The position numbers were made by a program, and so were the translations under genes. Shown here piece by piece: positions 53,901-63,431 of a DNA stretch of 64,000 nucleotides. Position 1 is the stretch's first letter. Every line of letters starts with the position of its first letter. The stretch spans positions 19,775-83,774 of the forward strand of contig JACRKZ010000069.1 in NCBI GenBank assembly GCA_016235455.1, in the 5' to 3' direction. The stretch comes from Armatimonadota bacterium (GTDB taxonomy: Bacteria > Armatimonadota > UBA10988). The notes below the pieces were generated by a model, which saw only the letters and a program-made list of their open reading frames with translations, made no database searches and was not told where the DNA came from.

Positions 53901-55577
53901 ATGGCGGACGGCGTCGAGACGACACGGTTGGGCTATCTGGGTGGCTGCCTGGTGCGCGTGGAGCGGCCGGCTGCGGCCGTTGGCGCGGCGGTCATCGTGC
54001 CACCCTTCGCCGAGGAGAAGAAGGCTGCGCACCGCGCTGTCGTGGAGGCGGCGCGCGCGCTGGCCGGCGCCGGCTGGGACACGGCGCACCTTGACCTGCG
54101 CGGCACTGGCGACAGCGCTCTGGACCATGCCGAGGTGGATCTGAGCCACTGGCTCGACGACCTGCGTGCTCTGGTCGACTGGCAGCGTGGTCGCTATCCA
54201 GGCCTGCCGCTGGTGCTCATCGGCCTGCGCCTGGGCGGCGCATTGGCCTATGCGCTGGCGCGCGAGGTCGAGGTCGCCCAGCTTGTGCTCTGGGAGCCGG
54301 TGGTCTCGGGCAGCAGCTACCTGCGACAGAGCCGGCAGCGCAGCCAATTGCGCGCCGAACTCACCGACGGCTCAAGCGGCCTCAAGGAGGCCGACGGCGC
54401 TTTCGATTTCGATGGGTTCGCCATCGGGCCGGCGCTCAGCGCCACGCTGGGCGAACTCGATCTGGCCGTCGGCGAGGCGCCACGAGCGGCCAGCGGCGTC
54501 ATACTGCAGATCTCGGGCACGCCACGCATCAAGAAGCCGCTGGCCGATCTGGGCGAGCGGATGTCGGCCGCCGGCTGCCCGACAACGGTCGAGAACGTGG
54601 CTGTGGAGGCCTTCTGGAGCGCGATCGGCCTGGTCGACGCGAGTCCGGTGGTGGCCGCCACGCTGGCGCATTTGCCGTCGGCCGGCAACTCCCGACCACC
54701 CGCCGAGGTCCAACTGGAGGCCAGCCTCGCGTTGACCGACGGTCTGCGCGCCGAGGTGCGCTCGTTCGCTTCAGGCGACCAGCAGTGTCACGGCGTGCTC
54801 TACCGGCCAGCCGGGACAGCCTCGGCGGCGGCGGTGCTGCTCCACGGTTGGAGCGGCTACCGGGTCGGGCCCGGCCAACTGCTCACGCGCGGTGCGCGGG
54901 CCTTGGCGGCGGCGGGCGTGGCGGCCTACAGCTTCGACTTCCGTGGTCGTGGCGACAGCGAGTGGCAGGTGGGCGTGGCCAGCCTGAACTCGATGATCCG
55001 TGACGCGGCGCGCGCGGTGCCGCTTGTCTGTGAATGGGTCGGGGTGGAGGACGTGCTGTTGCTGGGTCTGTGCAGCGGTGGCGAGGTGGCCATCGGCGCC
55101 AGCCTGAGCGACCCGCGCGTCACCCGGTTGGTGTTGTGGTCGGCGCCGATCTTCTCGGGCAACTTCGACTTCGCCCGGCGCGCGCGCCGGTCCAAGAAGA
55201 TGCTGAGCGACTACTGGCGCAAGCTGTTTGTGGGCGACACCTGGGCCAAGCTGCTATCGGGTCGGCTGAACTGGAAGCTGATCCTGCGGGCCGTGGGCGG
55301 CGGTCGTAGCGCCGAGGATGCCGGTGTGGTGGACAAAGCACCGGAGACGGCGCAGCAAATGAAGGCGTTTGAGGCCTTTGGTGGAAAGCTGCTGTTCATT
55401 TACGGCGGCAACGACCCCGAGACGGCGCCGTCCCGGGAGTTCTACAGCGAGTTTGTGGAACGCGTCGGGCTGGCCCACACGTTCTGTGAAGTGGCCGGCG
55501 CCAACCACAACTTCTATGCACTGGGCTGGCACGAGCAGGTCATCGGCGACACGCTGACCTGGCTCCGCGAGGGCTGA
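53901..55577 (+). CDS. Fusion of two alpha/beta-hydrolase domains resembling exosortase-A-system-associated hydrolase 2 (N-terminal) and hydrolase 1 (C-terminal)
   Basis: ATG at 53901 lies 9 nt after GGAGAG. The N-domain has [13 protein letters not shown]...DLRGTGDS...[16 protein letters not shown]. The C-domain has [12 protein letters not shown]...[10 protein letters not shown]...LLGLCSGGE...DYWRKLF...WAKLLSG. The track ORF start at 52947 is a shadow of DUF1015. Confidence 0.55.
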   Translation: MADGVETTRLGYLGGCLVRVERPAAAVGAAVIVPPFAEEKKAAHRAVVEAARALAGAGWDTAHLDLRGTGDSALDHAEVDLSHWLDDLRALVDWQRGRYPGLPLVLIGLRLGGALAYALAREVEVAQLVLWEPVVSGSSYLRQSRQRSQLRAELTDGSSGLKEADGAFDFDGFAIGPALSATLGELDLAVGEAPRAASGVILQISGTPRIKKPLADLGERMSAAGCPTTVENVAVEAFWSAIGLVDASPVVAATLAHLPSAGNSRPPAEVQLEASLALTDGLRAEVRSFASGDQQCHGVLYRPAGTASAAAVLLHGWSGYRVGPGQLLTRGARALAAAGVAAYSFDFRGRGDSEWQVGVASLNSMIRDAARAVPLVCEWVGVEDVLLLGLCSGGEVAIGASLSDPRVTRLVLWSAPIFSGNFDFARRARRSKKMLSDYWRKLFVGDTWAKLLSGRLNWKLILRAVGGGRSAEDAGVVDKAPETAQQMKAFEAFGGKLLFIYGGNDPETAPSREFYSEFVERVGLAHTFCEVAGANHNFYALGWHEQVIGDTLTWLREG

Positions 55578-57145
55578 TGATGATCCTGGTAACCGGCGCT
55601 ACCGGCGCGATTGGCGAGAAGGTGGTCGGGCGGCTGCGAGCGGCCGGCCGCAAGGTGCGGGCGCTGGTGCGCGATGCCGAGTGCGTGCCGGCCCTGGAAG
55701 CACAGGGCGTGGCTGCTCTGGTGGGCGACATCACCCGCGAGACAGACCGCGATGCGGCGCTGGTCGGCGTGGAGGCCATCATCGCCTGCCACGGCGCTGG
55801 ACGGCGCGCCGGCCTGGCGGAGATCGACGCGGTCGAGGCGCGGGCCACCATCGCGCTCATCGCCGAGGCGGCGGAGCGCGGTGTGGGGCACTTCGTGCTT
55901 GTCTCGCGCTTGGGTATGGACCGCGCCACGGGCCGTGGCTGCCGGCGGTTCGCCGCGGCGCACGAGGCGGAGCTGGCCTTGGCCGGACAGCCGGGGCTGC
56001 GCGGCACGGTGCTGCGCGCGGCGCCGCTCATGCACGGACTGTGCGACCAGGCGGTGGTGGGCAATCCCGGGATTAGCGGGTCGTTCCTGCTGATCGGCGA
56101 TGGTGCCGGCAAGGTCTCGCCTGTTTCGCCGGCCGATGTGGCGGCGTGGGCCGTGGCGGCGATGGATAAGCCCGAGGCCGCGGGCCGCACCATCGACGTG
56201 GTTGGCCCGGAGACCTACCTGTGGTCCGAGTTGCCCCAGGTGTTTGGCAACATCTATCGACGACCCGTGCGCACCTGGCATGTGCCCATGTGGTTGCTGC
56301 ACGGCGTGCAGTTTGTGGTGAGCTGGCTCAGCGCCGATGCCGCGGAGCGGCTGGGCTGGCTGGAGCGGCTGCAGACCACCGATCTGTCGGGTGATCCAAC
56401 CGATGTCACCACCATCCTCGGCGGTGCGCCGGAGGATCTGCCCACCTGGTTGCGCCGCGAGGCCGGCGCGCCACCAGTGGAGGTGCCGACCACCCGCGTG
56501 CCCTCGACCACCGAGGATGCGCCGTCGCGCGCCGTGGAGCCGACCTCGGCTGAGCCCGCGCCTGAGCCCGAGCCGGCTGCGCCCGAGCGCGCCACCGAGT
56601 TGCCGCCGACCGTCGAGCCGGTCGCCGCCGAGCCAGATGTGGAGCCGTCGCGGTTCATCGAGCCCACCTCGGACGAACCTGAGGAGTTGCCGGCGCCGAC
56701 CGCGCCGATCACGCAGCCACTGGACGAGGACACCGAGCCCGAGCCGACGCCTGAGCCTGAGCCTGAGACGTCGCCGGAACCGGAGCCCGAACTCGAACCC
56801 GAACCGGCCGCCGAGCCCGAGCCCGAGCCGGAACCGGAGCCGGAACCCGAATCGGCCGCCGAGCCTGAGCCCGAGTTGGAACCCGAACCGGCCGCCGAGC
56901 CTGAGCCCGAGCCAGAACCGGAGCCCGAACCCGAACCGGCCGCCCAGCCTGAGCCGGAACCGGAGCCGGAACCCGAACCTCAGCCCGGCCCTGAGACGGA
57001 ACCTGAGCCCGAATCCGACGACGACGAATGGGATCTGGCCGCGCCCGAGGACGCCGCGGCCGAGGCGAAGCCGGTGGAGAAGCGACCGCCCGTGCGTCGG
57101 CCGCGGCACGTGGACTCGCCGGTAGTGGATGCCGACCAGGACTGA
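55577..57145 (+). CDS. NmrA-like/atypical SDR NAD(P)-binding protein with a ~200-aa acidic Pro/Glu-rich tail
   Basis: The ATG overlaps the upstream stop (ATGA context). [17 protein letters not shown] Rossmann start. The C-terminus carries a long (EP)n tract. Confidence 0.75.
   Translation: MMILVTGATGAIGEKVVGRLRAAGRKVRALVRDAECVPALEAQGVAALVGDITRETDRDAALVGVEAIIACHGAGRRAGLAEIDAVEARATIALIAEAAERGVGHFVLVSRLGMDRATGRGCRRFAAAHEAELALAGQPGLRGTVLRAAPLMHGLCDQAVVGNPGISGSFLLIGDGAGKVSPVSPADVAAWAVAAMDKPEAAGRTIDVVGPETYLWSELPQVFGNIYRRPVRTWHVPMWLLHGVQFVVSWLSADAAERLGWLERLQTTDLSGDPTDVTTILGGAPEDLPTWLRREAGAPPVEVPTTRVPSTTEDAPSRAVEPTSAEPAPEPEPAAPERATELPPTVEPVAAEPDVEPSRFIEPTSDEPEELPAPTAPITQPLDEDTEPEPTPEPEPETSPEPEPELEPEPAAEPEPEPEPEPEPESAAEPEPELEPEPAAEPEPEPEPEPEPEPAAQPEPEPEPEPEPQPGPETEPEPESDDDEWDLAAPEDAAAEAKPVEKRPPVRRPRHVDSPVVDADQD
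56729..57015 (+). repeat. Coding low-complexity (GAG/GAA-CCN)n tract encoding (EP)n
   Basis: [40 protein letters not shown]... is read in frame with the NmrA-like gene. Confidence 0.9.
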
Positions 57146-57167
57146 GCCGGTCGCCGTTGAGCCGCCT

Positions 57168-57854
57168 TCAGGCGCCGGACCAGGTGACCACCGTGGGTGC
57201 CTGCAACGCGCCGCTCAGCGCGAAGTTGTAGACCGTCATCGCGTCGACCTGGTAGCTCTGGTCCCAGATCAGCGTTTCGCCCTGCCTGATGCGCAGGCGG
57301 ACGGCACCGTGCGGCACCAGCAGCGGCTCGTTAGCGCTGGCCGCGCCATAGGCCAACGCCGCGGCCACCGGCACCGGGGATCCCGCTGCGGGCTCGACCT
57401 CGACGTCCACCGGGCCGTAGCCGGCCAGGGCATGACTGACGCGGATGCCGGCATGATCGGCGTCGGGTGTGGTGCTACGCTGCACGGCCAGCCAGGTCAC
57501 GGAGTCACCTGCCACCAGCGTATTGATCCGGCCCAGCACCTGCAGGCAGGCATGGCGTCCTTCGGCCCAGGTCTGCGTGTAGTTGAGCACGGACAGTCCA
57601 TCGGCCAGCACCTCGATGTGATGCGGACCGGGGTTGACGTCGAACTGCCTGCTGGCTCGCTGGTAGTCCACGGCCAGTTGAGACGACTTGGCCTCGCTGA
57701 GCAGATCCTGCCCATCCACGCGCAGCGTGATGCTGGGCAGATCGGCGCACAAGTTGACCACTTGCACCCCCACCGGCTGTCGCAGGACGGCCGTGCCGCA
57801 GCCGCACAGAATCAGCAAGCTAGCCGCGGTTAGGGTTCGGCGACACCATCGCAT
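57168..57854 (-). CDS. DUF4397-like lipoprotein
   Basis: ATG at 57854 after GAGGAGG. Lipobox SLLILCGCG. Repeated beta-rich pattern VRVxH...GPVDV typical of DUF4397. Confidence 0.55.
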   Translation of the reverse strand: MRWCRRTLTAASLLILCGCGTAVLRQPVGVQVVNLCADLPSITLRVDGQDLLSEAKSSQLAVDYQRASRQFDVNPGPHHIEVLADGLSVLNYTQTWAEGRHACLQVLGRINTLVAGDSVTWLAVQRSTTPDADHAGIRVSHALAGYGPVDVEVEPAAGSPVPVAAALAYGAASANEPLLVPHGAVRLRIRQGETLIWDQSYQVDAMTVYNFALSGALQAPTVVTWSGA

Positions 57855-58912
57855 GAGACCTCCTCGTACGGCAGTAGCCGAACCGCGTCGGGTTCGACGG
57901 CCCAACGGGTCGTCGCCCCTCTTTCCCGCGCCGATTGGCCTCTGTTCGCCTCGCAGGCCAGCCACCGCTGACCCGCCAGGCTAACCTCATATTCGTATCT
58001 TTGCCCGATAAAAGCAATGTCCAGAATGTTGCCGACCAGGCCGGACTCGGCGGGCACGAGGCTTTCGGGCCGCACGCAGAGCAGCGCGCGGCTGCCTGGG
58101 GCCAAGTCGGTGTGGCCGCTGCCGGTAACGTGCTCGCCATTGTCCAGGCGCACCGTCCAGGTATCGCCCACGCGCTCCGCCACCGTCGCCGGCGCCAAGT
58201 TGGCGCGGCCCAGGAACGTGGCCACGAAGGCGTTGGCGGGCTGGCTGTAGACCTCGCGCGGCGTGCCAACCTGCTGCAGCCGGCCATCGCGCAGGACCGC
58301 CAGCCGATCGGAGAGGGCCAGCGCCTCTTCCTGGTCGTGGGTCACATACAGGCTGGTCGTGGCTGCCTCGCGTTGCAGGCGGCGCAGCTCGGCGCGGGTC
58401 TCGGTACGCAGCGCGGCATCGAGGTTGGACAGCGGCTCATCGAGCAGCAGCAGGTCCGGCTCGAGCACCATGGCGCGCGCCAGGGCCACGCGCTGCTGCT
58501 GGCCGCCGCTCAGTTCATGGACCCGGCGCTGGCCCAGGCCGCCGAGCCGCACCCGCTCCAGCGCGCGCTCCACCTTGGGTCCGATGTCGGCGCGCGCCTC
58601 GTGTCGCGCACGCAGGCCATAGGCTACGTTGCCGGCCACTGAGAGGTGCGGGAACAGGGCGTAGCTCTGGAAGACCATGCCGATGCGGCGCTCATGGGTG
58701 GGGAGACGCGTCACGTCGCGGTCGCCGAACCACAGCCGGCCGGCGCTGGGCTGCTCGAGGCCGGCGACGATACGCAGCGTGGTCGTCTTGCCGCAGCCGC
58801 TGGGGCCCAGCAGACTGAAGAACTCGCCCTGGCCGACCGTCAGAGACACGGAATCGACCGCGGTGACCGACCCGTACTGCTTACTGAGCGATTCCAGGCG
58901 CACCTCGACCAT
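57830..58912 (-). CDS. ABC transporter ATP-binding protein (PotA/FbpC/MalK-like, with TOBE-type C-terminus)
   Basis: ATG at 58912 after GGGGAAGG. Walker A GPSGCGKTT, Q-loop, signature LSGGQQQR, Walker B LLLLDEP and H-loop THDQ. Confidence 0.85.
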   Translation of the reverse strand: MVEVRLESLSKQYGSVTAVDSVSLTVGQGEFFSLLGPSGCGKTTTLRIVAGLEQPSAGRLWFGDRDVTRLPTHERRIGMVFQSYALFPHLSVAGNVAYGLRARHEARADIGPKVERALERVRLGGLGQRRVHELSGGQQQRVALARAMVLEPDLLLLDEPLSNLDAALRTETRAELRRLQREAATTSLYVTHDQEEALALSDRLAVLRDGRLQQVGTPREVYSQPANAFVATFLGRANLAPATVAERVGDTWTVRLDNGEHVTGSGHTDLAPGSRALLCVRPESLVPAESGLVGNILDIAFIGQRYEYEVSLAGQRWLACEANRGQSARERGATTRWAVEPDAVRLLPYEEVSCDGVAEP

Positions 58913-59025
58913 GCCCACAGCCTTCCCCTCGCGCCGCTGCTTCACATTGCCGCGCGAGCGTCGGAAGGAATGATAGCGCGAATCTCGAATCGCATCGGGC
59001 AATCCGCCTGCGCCGGGGTGCACCT

Positions 59026-59595
59026 ATGGAGGAGCGTCGCGAGGTCGAGGCTGCGTTCGAGCAATTGCTGACCACATTGGGCCGCGAGATGGCCATGGTC
59101 GAGTCCGAATGCCTGCACGCGCTGGAGGAGCACGATCTGGCCAACCTGGACCGCACCCGCCGGCTGCTCGACCGCCTGGCCGGCATCAAGACCGGGTTGA
59201 TGGCGTTGCAGCGCGGCTGGCGCGCCACCAAGGACGATCTGGGCGATCGGCGCCGCCGCTATCTGGGCCGGCTCGATCCCGGCACGATCACCCATCGCTC
59301 GGCCTATCGCGTGCCCATCTTGCGCGCCCTGGCCCAGTACGGTGGTCGCGCCGAGGCCGAACAGGCGCTGGCCAAGATCGAGGAGCTGATGGCCGGCGTG
59401 CTGAGCGGCGCCGACTACCAGCCGGTACCCTCGCGGCCGCAGGTGCCGCGTTGGCGCAACGCCTGCCACAGTGCCCGCCACGACATGATGAAGGAGGGTC
59501 TGCTCGACCCCGGTGCCGGTCGCGGCGCCTGGGCGCTGACTCCGGCTGGTGCCGATGCCGCGCGCGACCTCGATCTGGAGCTGACCGAATCTTGA
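59026..59595 (+). CDS. Coiled-coil plus Mrr_N-like winged-helix protein
   Basis: GGGGTG RBS. C-terminal YRVPILRALAQYGGRAE...VPRWRNACHSARHDMMKEGLLDPGAGRGAWALTPAG matches the Mrr N-terminal wHTH pattern. Confidence 0.5.
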   Translation: MEERREVEAAFEQLLTTLGREMAMVESECLHALEEHDLANLDRTRRLLDRLAGIKTGLMALQRGWRATKDDLGDRRRRYLGRLDPGTITHRSAYRVPILRALAQYGGRAEAEQALAKIEELMAGVLSGADYQPVPSRPQVPRWRNACHSARHDMMKEGLLDPGAGRGAWALTPAGADAARDLDLELTES

Positions 59596-61364
59596 CTGAC
59601 CGGCCCGAGCTCGACTACGACCTGCTCGAGCAGCGGCATGTGCAGGGGCTGACCGACGCGGCAGCCACGGGCCGCGTCTACACTCCCGCGCCGCTGGCGG
59701 CGTTCATGGCCAACGCTGCGCTGGACGCCTGGGCCGGCGATCTGGCCGCCATCCGCGTGGTCGATCCCGCCTGTGGCTGCGGCGCGCTGCTGGTGGCCAC
59801 GGCCAAGGCTTTGCTGGCGCGCGGGCTGGCGCCCGAAATGGTGGCCGGCCGGCTCCATGGCGCCGACCTCGATGCCGAGGCCGTGGCCATTGCCGCTGGC
59901 CGCCTGCGTGCCCTGCTGGGCGTCGATCTGTCGCTGGCGGTTGGCGACAGCCTCGAGCCGGCCACGCTGCCGGGTGCCTACGACGTGGTCATCGCCAACC
60001 CGCCCTACATCCGCCAGGAACGGCTGACCGCAGCCACCAAGGCCGCCATGCGTCGGCGCTGGGGCCATCTGCTCGATGGTACCGCCGACCTGGCCGCTGC
60101 CTTCTATGCGCTGGGCTGGGACCTGCTGGCGCCCGGCGGCGTGCATCTCTATCTCGGCACCGACAGCTGGCTCGACGTCGCCTATGCCGCGCGGCTGCGT
60201 CGTCATCTGGCCATGGCCGGCCAGTTGCGCGCCATCTGGCAGCTCGATGAGGCGGCATTCGACGACGCCGACATCCATCCCGTGGTCAGCTTGGCCGTCA
60301 AATCGCCGCCCGCACCCGACGCGGTGACCGCCTTCCGCCACCTCGACCTGCGCCGCGGCTCGGTCGAGCGCGAGACCGGCCGCGCGCAGGCCGGCCTGGC
60401 GCGCGAGGCGCACTGGGCGGGCCCGTACCTCCGCGCGCCGGCGGTCTATGGCCGCATCGTGAGCGCCGGCGTCAGTCGGCTGGTGCCGCTGGCTGAACTG
60501 GCGGAGCTGCGTCGCGGCTGGACCACCGGGGCCAACGAGTTCTTCTACCTGCGGCCGGTCGCGGTCGATGGCGACCGCGTGACGGTGCAGCTGGCCGACG
60601 GCGAGACCGCGCGGCTGCCGGCGGCGGCGCTCGGCCCGCCGGTGCTGGTCAAGGCCGGGCAGCTCGCGGTGCCTCGTTGGGACCCGGCCGACCTGCCGCA
60701 TCGGCTACTGCGGCTGAACCACGAGTTGCTCGACGACGAGGATGTCCGGGCCTGGCTGGCGCGCGCCGAGCGGCTGGGCTATCCGCAACGGCCGACGCTG
60801 CGCTCGCGCGCGGTGTGGTGGGCCGCCGAGGTGCGGCCGCCGGCGACGCTGTGCCTGCCCATCGGCCACAAGCGGCGGCCGGTGCTGGGTTGGCCCAACG
60901 GCGGGCTGGTGGCCAGCGACAACTTTCTAGAGATACGGCCCTACGATGCCGACCACACGCCGGTCCTGGCCGCCAGTCTGCTGAGCGCTTTCGCGCTGCT
61001 GGCCTACGAAGCGGTGGGCCGCGCCAACTTCGGCCAGGGACTGCTCAAAACCCAGGTCTACGAGCTGGCCGAGCTGCCAGTGCTTGACCCGCGAGTGGTG
61101 CCGCCCGACGAGTGGGTCGCGCTCATGCGAAATGCGGGGAGTTTGCTAGCGCGGGCGCCGGAGATCGTCTACAACGAGGTTAGGCGGTCGGATCGCCAGG
61201 GCTTCGAGGCCGCCTGGTTGTCAGCAGCCGGTGTGGAGCTGACGGTCGGCGAACTGCACGAGGCGCTCTGCCGCACCATCTGGCGGCGCCAGTCGCGCGC
61301 CGACCAGAGTCGCGAGAGCCGGCTGAGCTACGACGACTGGCACCGCTCGGGCCAGCCGTTCTGA
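59592..61364 (+). CDS. N6-adenine DNA methyltransferase (gamma class, Eco57I/TaqI-like, with C-terminal target-recognition domain); start uncertain
   Basis: YTPAPLAAFMA (motif X), VVDPACGCGALL (motif I) and VIANPPYI (motif IV). TTG at 59592 overlaps the upstream stop (TTGA). The track ORF start at 59109 overlaps the wHTH gene in another frame. Confidence 0.75.
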   Translation: MTDRPELDYDLLEQRHVQGLTDAAATGRVYTPAPLAAFMANAALDAWAGDLAAIRVVDPACGCGALLVATAKALLARGLAPEMVAGRLHGADLDAEAVAIAAGRLRALLGVDLSLAVGDSLEPATLPGAYDVVIANPPYIRQERLTAATKAAMRRRWGHLLDGTADLAAAFYALGWDLLAPGGVHLYLGTDSWLDVAYAARLRRHLAMAGQLRAIWQLDEAAFDDADIHPVVSLAVKSPPAPDAVTAFRHLDLRRGSVERETGRAQAGLAREAHWAGPYLRAPAVYGRIVSAGVSRLVPLAELAELRRGWTTGANEFFYLRPVAVDGDRVTVQLADGETARLPAAALGPPVLVKAGQLAVPRWDPADLPHRLLRLNHELLDDEDVRAWLARAERLGYPQRPTLRSRAVWWAAEVRPPATLCLPIGHKRRPVLGWPNGGLVASDNFLEIRPYDADHTPVLAASLLSAFALLAYEAVGRANFGQGLLKTQVYELAELPVLDPRVVPPDEWVALMRNAGSLLARAPEIVYNEVRRSDRQGFEAAWLSAAGVELTVGELHEALCRTIWRRQSRADQSRESRLSYDDWHRSGQPF

Positions 61365-61381
61365 GCAGACGGAGGTGTCCC

Positions 61382-62461
61382 ATGTACCGTGTCGGTATCT
61401 CAGGAGTCCGGCGTTTGGGTCCGGCTCGCATGTTCGAACTGATGGACGACTGCCAACTGGTGGCCGCCTGCGATCCCGACGCGCAAGCCCGCGGCAAGAT
61501 GGCCGAGGAGCGTCCCGGCATTCGGGTCTACCGCGACCTGGATGCGATGCTGGCCAGCGGCATCGACATTGTCTATGTCAGTACGCCCATGCCGTTGCAC
61601 GCCGAGCAGACGGTGACCGCGCTGCGCGCCGGCTGCCATGTGCTGTGCGAAGTGACGCTGGGCAGCACCATCGAGCACTGTCGCGCCATCCACGACGCCG
61701 TGGTGGCGCACCCGCGGCAGAAGTTCATGATGGCCGAGAACTGCTGCTACTGGGCCTACATCCTGGCCTGGCGCGAGCTGTGGCGCAAAGGGCTGCTGGG
61801 CGAGTTCCAGTATGCCGAGGCGGACTACGTGCACGACCTGCGCAGCTGCCTGACCGGTCCTGACGGCAAGCCCACCTGGCGCGCCTCGCGGCCGGCGATC
61901 ACCTACTGCAGCCACAGCCTGGGGCCGATCCTCAAGGTCATCGGGCAGCGCATCACCAGCGTGGTCTGCCTGCAGACGGGCAACGCGCTGACGCCCGATC
62001 TGCCCGAGCATCACGACATCATGGCGGCGTTGTTCACCACCAGCGGCGGCGGCATCATCAAGCTGCTGCGCGCCCAGGCCGTGGCGCGGGAGCCGTACTA
62101 TCACTGGTACAGCATCCAGGGCACGCGCGGCTGCCTGGAGACCACACGGCCACAGCACGGCCCGGTGCGCACGCACGCCTGGTTCCAGGACGTCCCGCAC
62201 CTTGACGGCATGATGGCCATGCCGCTGGGCGAGAGCGTGCGCGACGCGCCGCCCGAGGCGGCCGAGGGCGGGCACGGAACCATCGAGTACCTGATGGTGC
62301 GTGACTTCGTGGACTCCATCCGCCACGACACGACGCCGCCGGTGGATATCTACACGGCGCTGGACATGACGCTGCCGGGCCTCTGCGCCGCGCAGAGCGC
62401 CGACCTGGGCGGACAGCCGGTGGCGGTGCCGGACTGGCGACCTGAGGGCCGGGCTACTTAG
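61382..62461 (+). CDS. Cytoplasmic Gfo/Idh/MocA family oxidoreductase
   Basis: GGAGGTG RBS. MYRVGISGV...VYVSTPMPLHAE...CEVTLG plus a C-terminal alpha/beta domain. Confidence 0.75.
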   Translation: MYRVGISGVRRLGPARMFELMDDCQLVAACDPDAQARGKMAEERPGIRVYRDLDAMLASGIDIVYVSTPMPLHAEQTVTALRAGCHVLCEVTLGSTIEHCRAIHDAVVAHPRQKFMMAENCCYWAYILAWRELWRKGLLGEFQYAEADYVHDLRSCLTGPDGKPTWRASRPAITYCSHSLGPILKVIGQRITSVVCLQTGNALTPDLPEHHDIMAALFTTSGGGIIKLLRAQAVAREPYYHWYSIQGTRGCLETTRPQHGPVRTHAWFQDVPHLDGMMAMPLGESVRDAPPEAAEGGHGTIEYLMVRDFVDSIRHDTTPPVDIYTALDMTLPGLCAAQSADLGGQPVAVPDWRPEGRAT

Positions 62462-63146
62462 CCGGCACCACCTCGCCGACGATGCGCACATCGTCGAACT
62501 CGGCGGTATCGTCGAAGCTGGCCAACCCCACGCCGCCGGCGGGGTAGGTGGTGTCCTGGGCGGTCATCAGCGGCTTGTCCAGCGCGTCCATGAAGACTCG
62601 GATGGCACCGTCGGCGCGGTGTTCGACGCGCATCGCGTGCCATCCGTCGGTCAGGCGCGGCTCCGGCCGGCGCTCGGCCTGGATGGTCACGCGCTGCTTG
62701 GCCGGGTCGGGGTCGTCACCGTTGACCTTCATGATCACGTTGTGCGTGCTGCCATTGGAGTCGTTGCTGAGGTGCGCATAGTAGAAGTGCAGGTCATCGA
62801 CATAGCCGAAGATGAGCACCACATCACGCCCGACGACCGTCGCCGCGCGCAGGCTGCGGGCGCGGACATCGAGCGTCACATCGCGCCAGACGCGGTCGCG
62901 CACCAACAGCGTCTCGGCCGGTCGGCGCACGCCAGGCCGCAGCGGCGGCGCGGTGCGCAGGGCCAGGATGTGGTTGTCCAGGCCATCCTCGCGCACCATG
63001 CGCAGTTCCCAGTTCTCGGCATGGAGCGGCTGCCAGCGCGACAGGTCACCGTCGAAGCGGTCCTCGAACGTCGCGCGCGCGGGAGCGCCATGCGCCGCCA
63101 GCAGCGCCGAGATCAGCATCACCACCACACCGACCAGCCGGATCAT
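62454..63146 (-). CDS. Secreted DUF1080 (3-keto-disaccharide hydrolase-like, LamG fold) protein
   Basis: Signal peptide MIRLVGVVVMLISALLAAHG. FEDRFDG.L..W...NWEL...DV.L....R......G..FGY.D...FYY...S pattern, ending VGLASFDDTAEFDDVRI. Confidence 0.65.
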   Translation of the reverse strand: MIRLVGVVVMLISALLAAHGAPARATFEDRFDGDLSRWQPLHAENWELRMVREDGLDNHILALRTAPPLRPGVRRPAETLLVRDRVWRDVTLDVRARSLRAATVVGRDVVLIFGYVDDLHFYYAHLSNDSNGSTHNVIMKVNGDDPDPAKQRVTIQAERRPEPRLTDGWHAMRVEHRADGAIRVFMDALDKPLMTAQDTTYPAGGVGLASFDDTAEFDDVRIVGEVVPAK

Positions 63147-63150
63147 GGCC

Positions 63151-63408
63151 TTACTCCGCCGACGCGTCGTGGGTCAGACGCTCGAACAGCTTGGCGTAGT
63201 CGTCGTTGAGCACCAGTTTGCCACTGGCCTGGTCGGCGCGCAGCCGGCGCAGGATGGCGCGCAGCGCGCTGGCGCCGTCGGTAGCGCGGCGCAGCCGGGC
63301 TTCGAGTGACAGGCGTTCCCAGTGGAATCGGTAGCGTGCGTCGACCAGAATGAGGGCCAGCGCCACGCAGCCGGCCAGCAACGCTACGAACAGTATCCAG
63401 AACAACAT
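63151..63408 (-). CDS. Small (85 aa) single-pass membrane protein, hypothetical
   Basis: ATG at 63408 after AAGGAGAA. Transmembrane segment MLFWILFVALLAGCVALALILV. Its stop lies 4 nt before the DUF1080 start. The rest of track ORF 63151..63897 is a shadow. Confidence 0.5.
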   Translation of the reverse strand: MLFWILFVALLAGCVALALILVDARYRFHWERLSLEARLRRATDGASALRAILRRLRADQASGKLVLNDDYAKLFERLTHDASAE

Positions 63409-63431
63409 GCTGTTGGGTTCTCCTTGGTCGA

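Noticed and set aside
55514-57109. 531-aa minus-strand ORF with (GLRFRLR)n repeats
   Set aside because: It is the mirror image of the (EP)n coding repeat of the NmrA-like gene, and the Rossmann N-terminus fixes the coding strand as plus.
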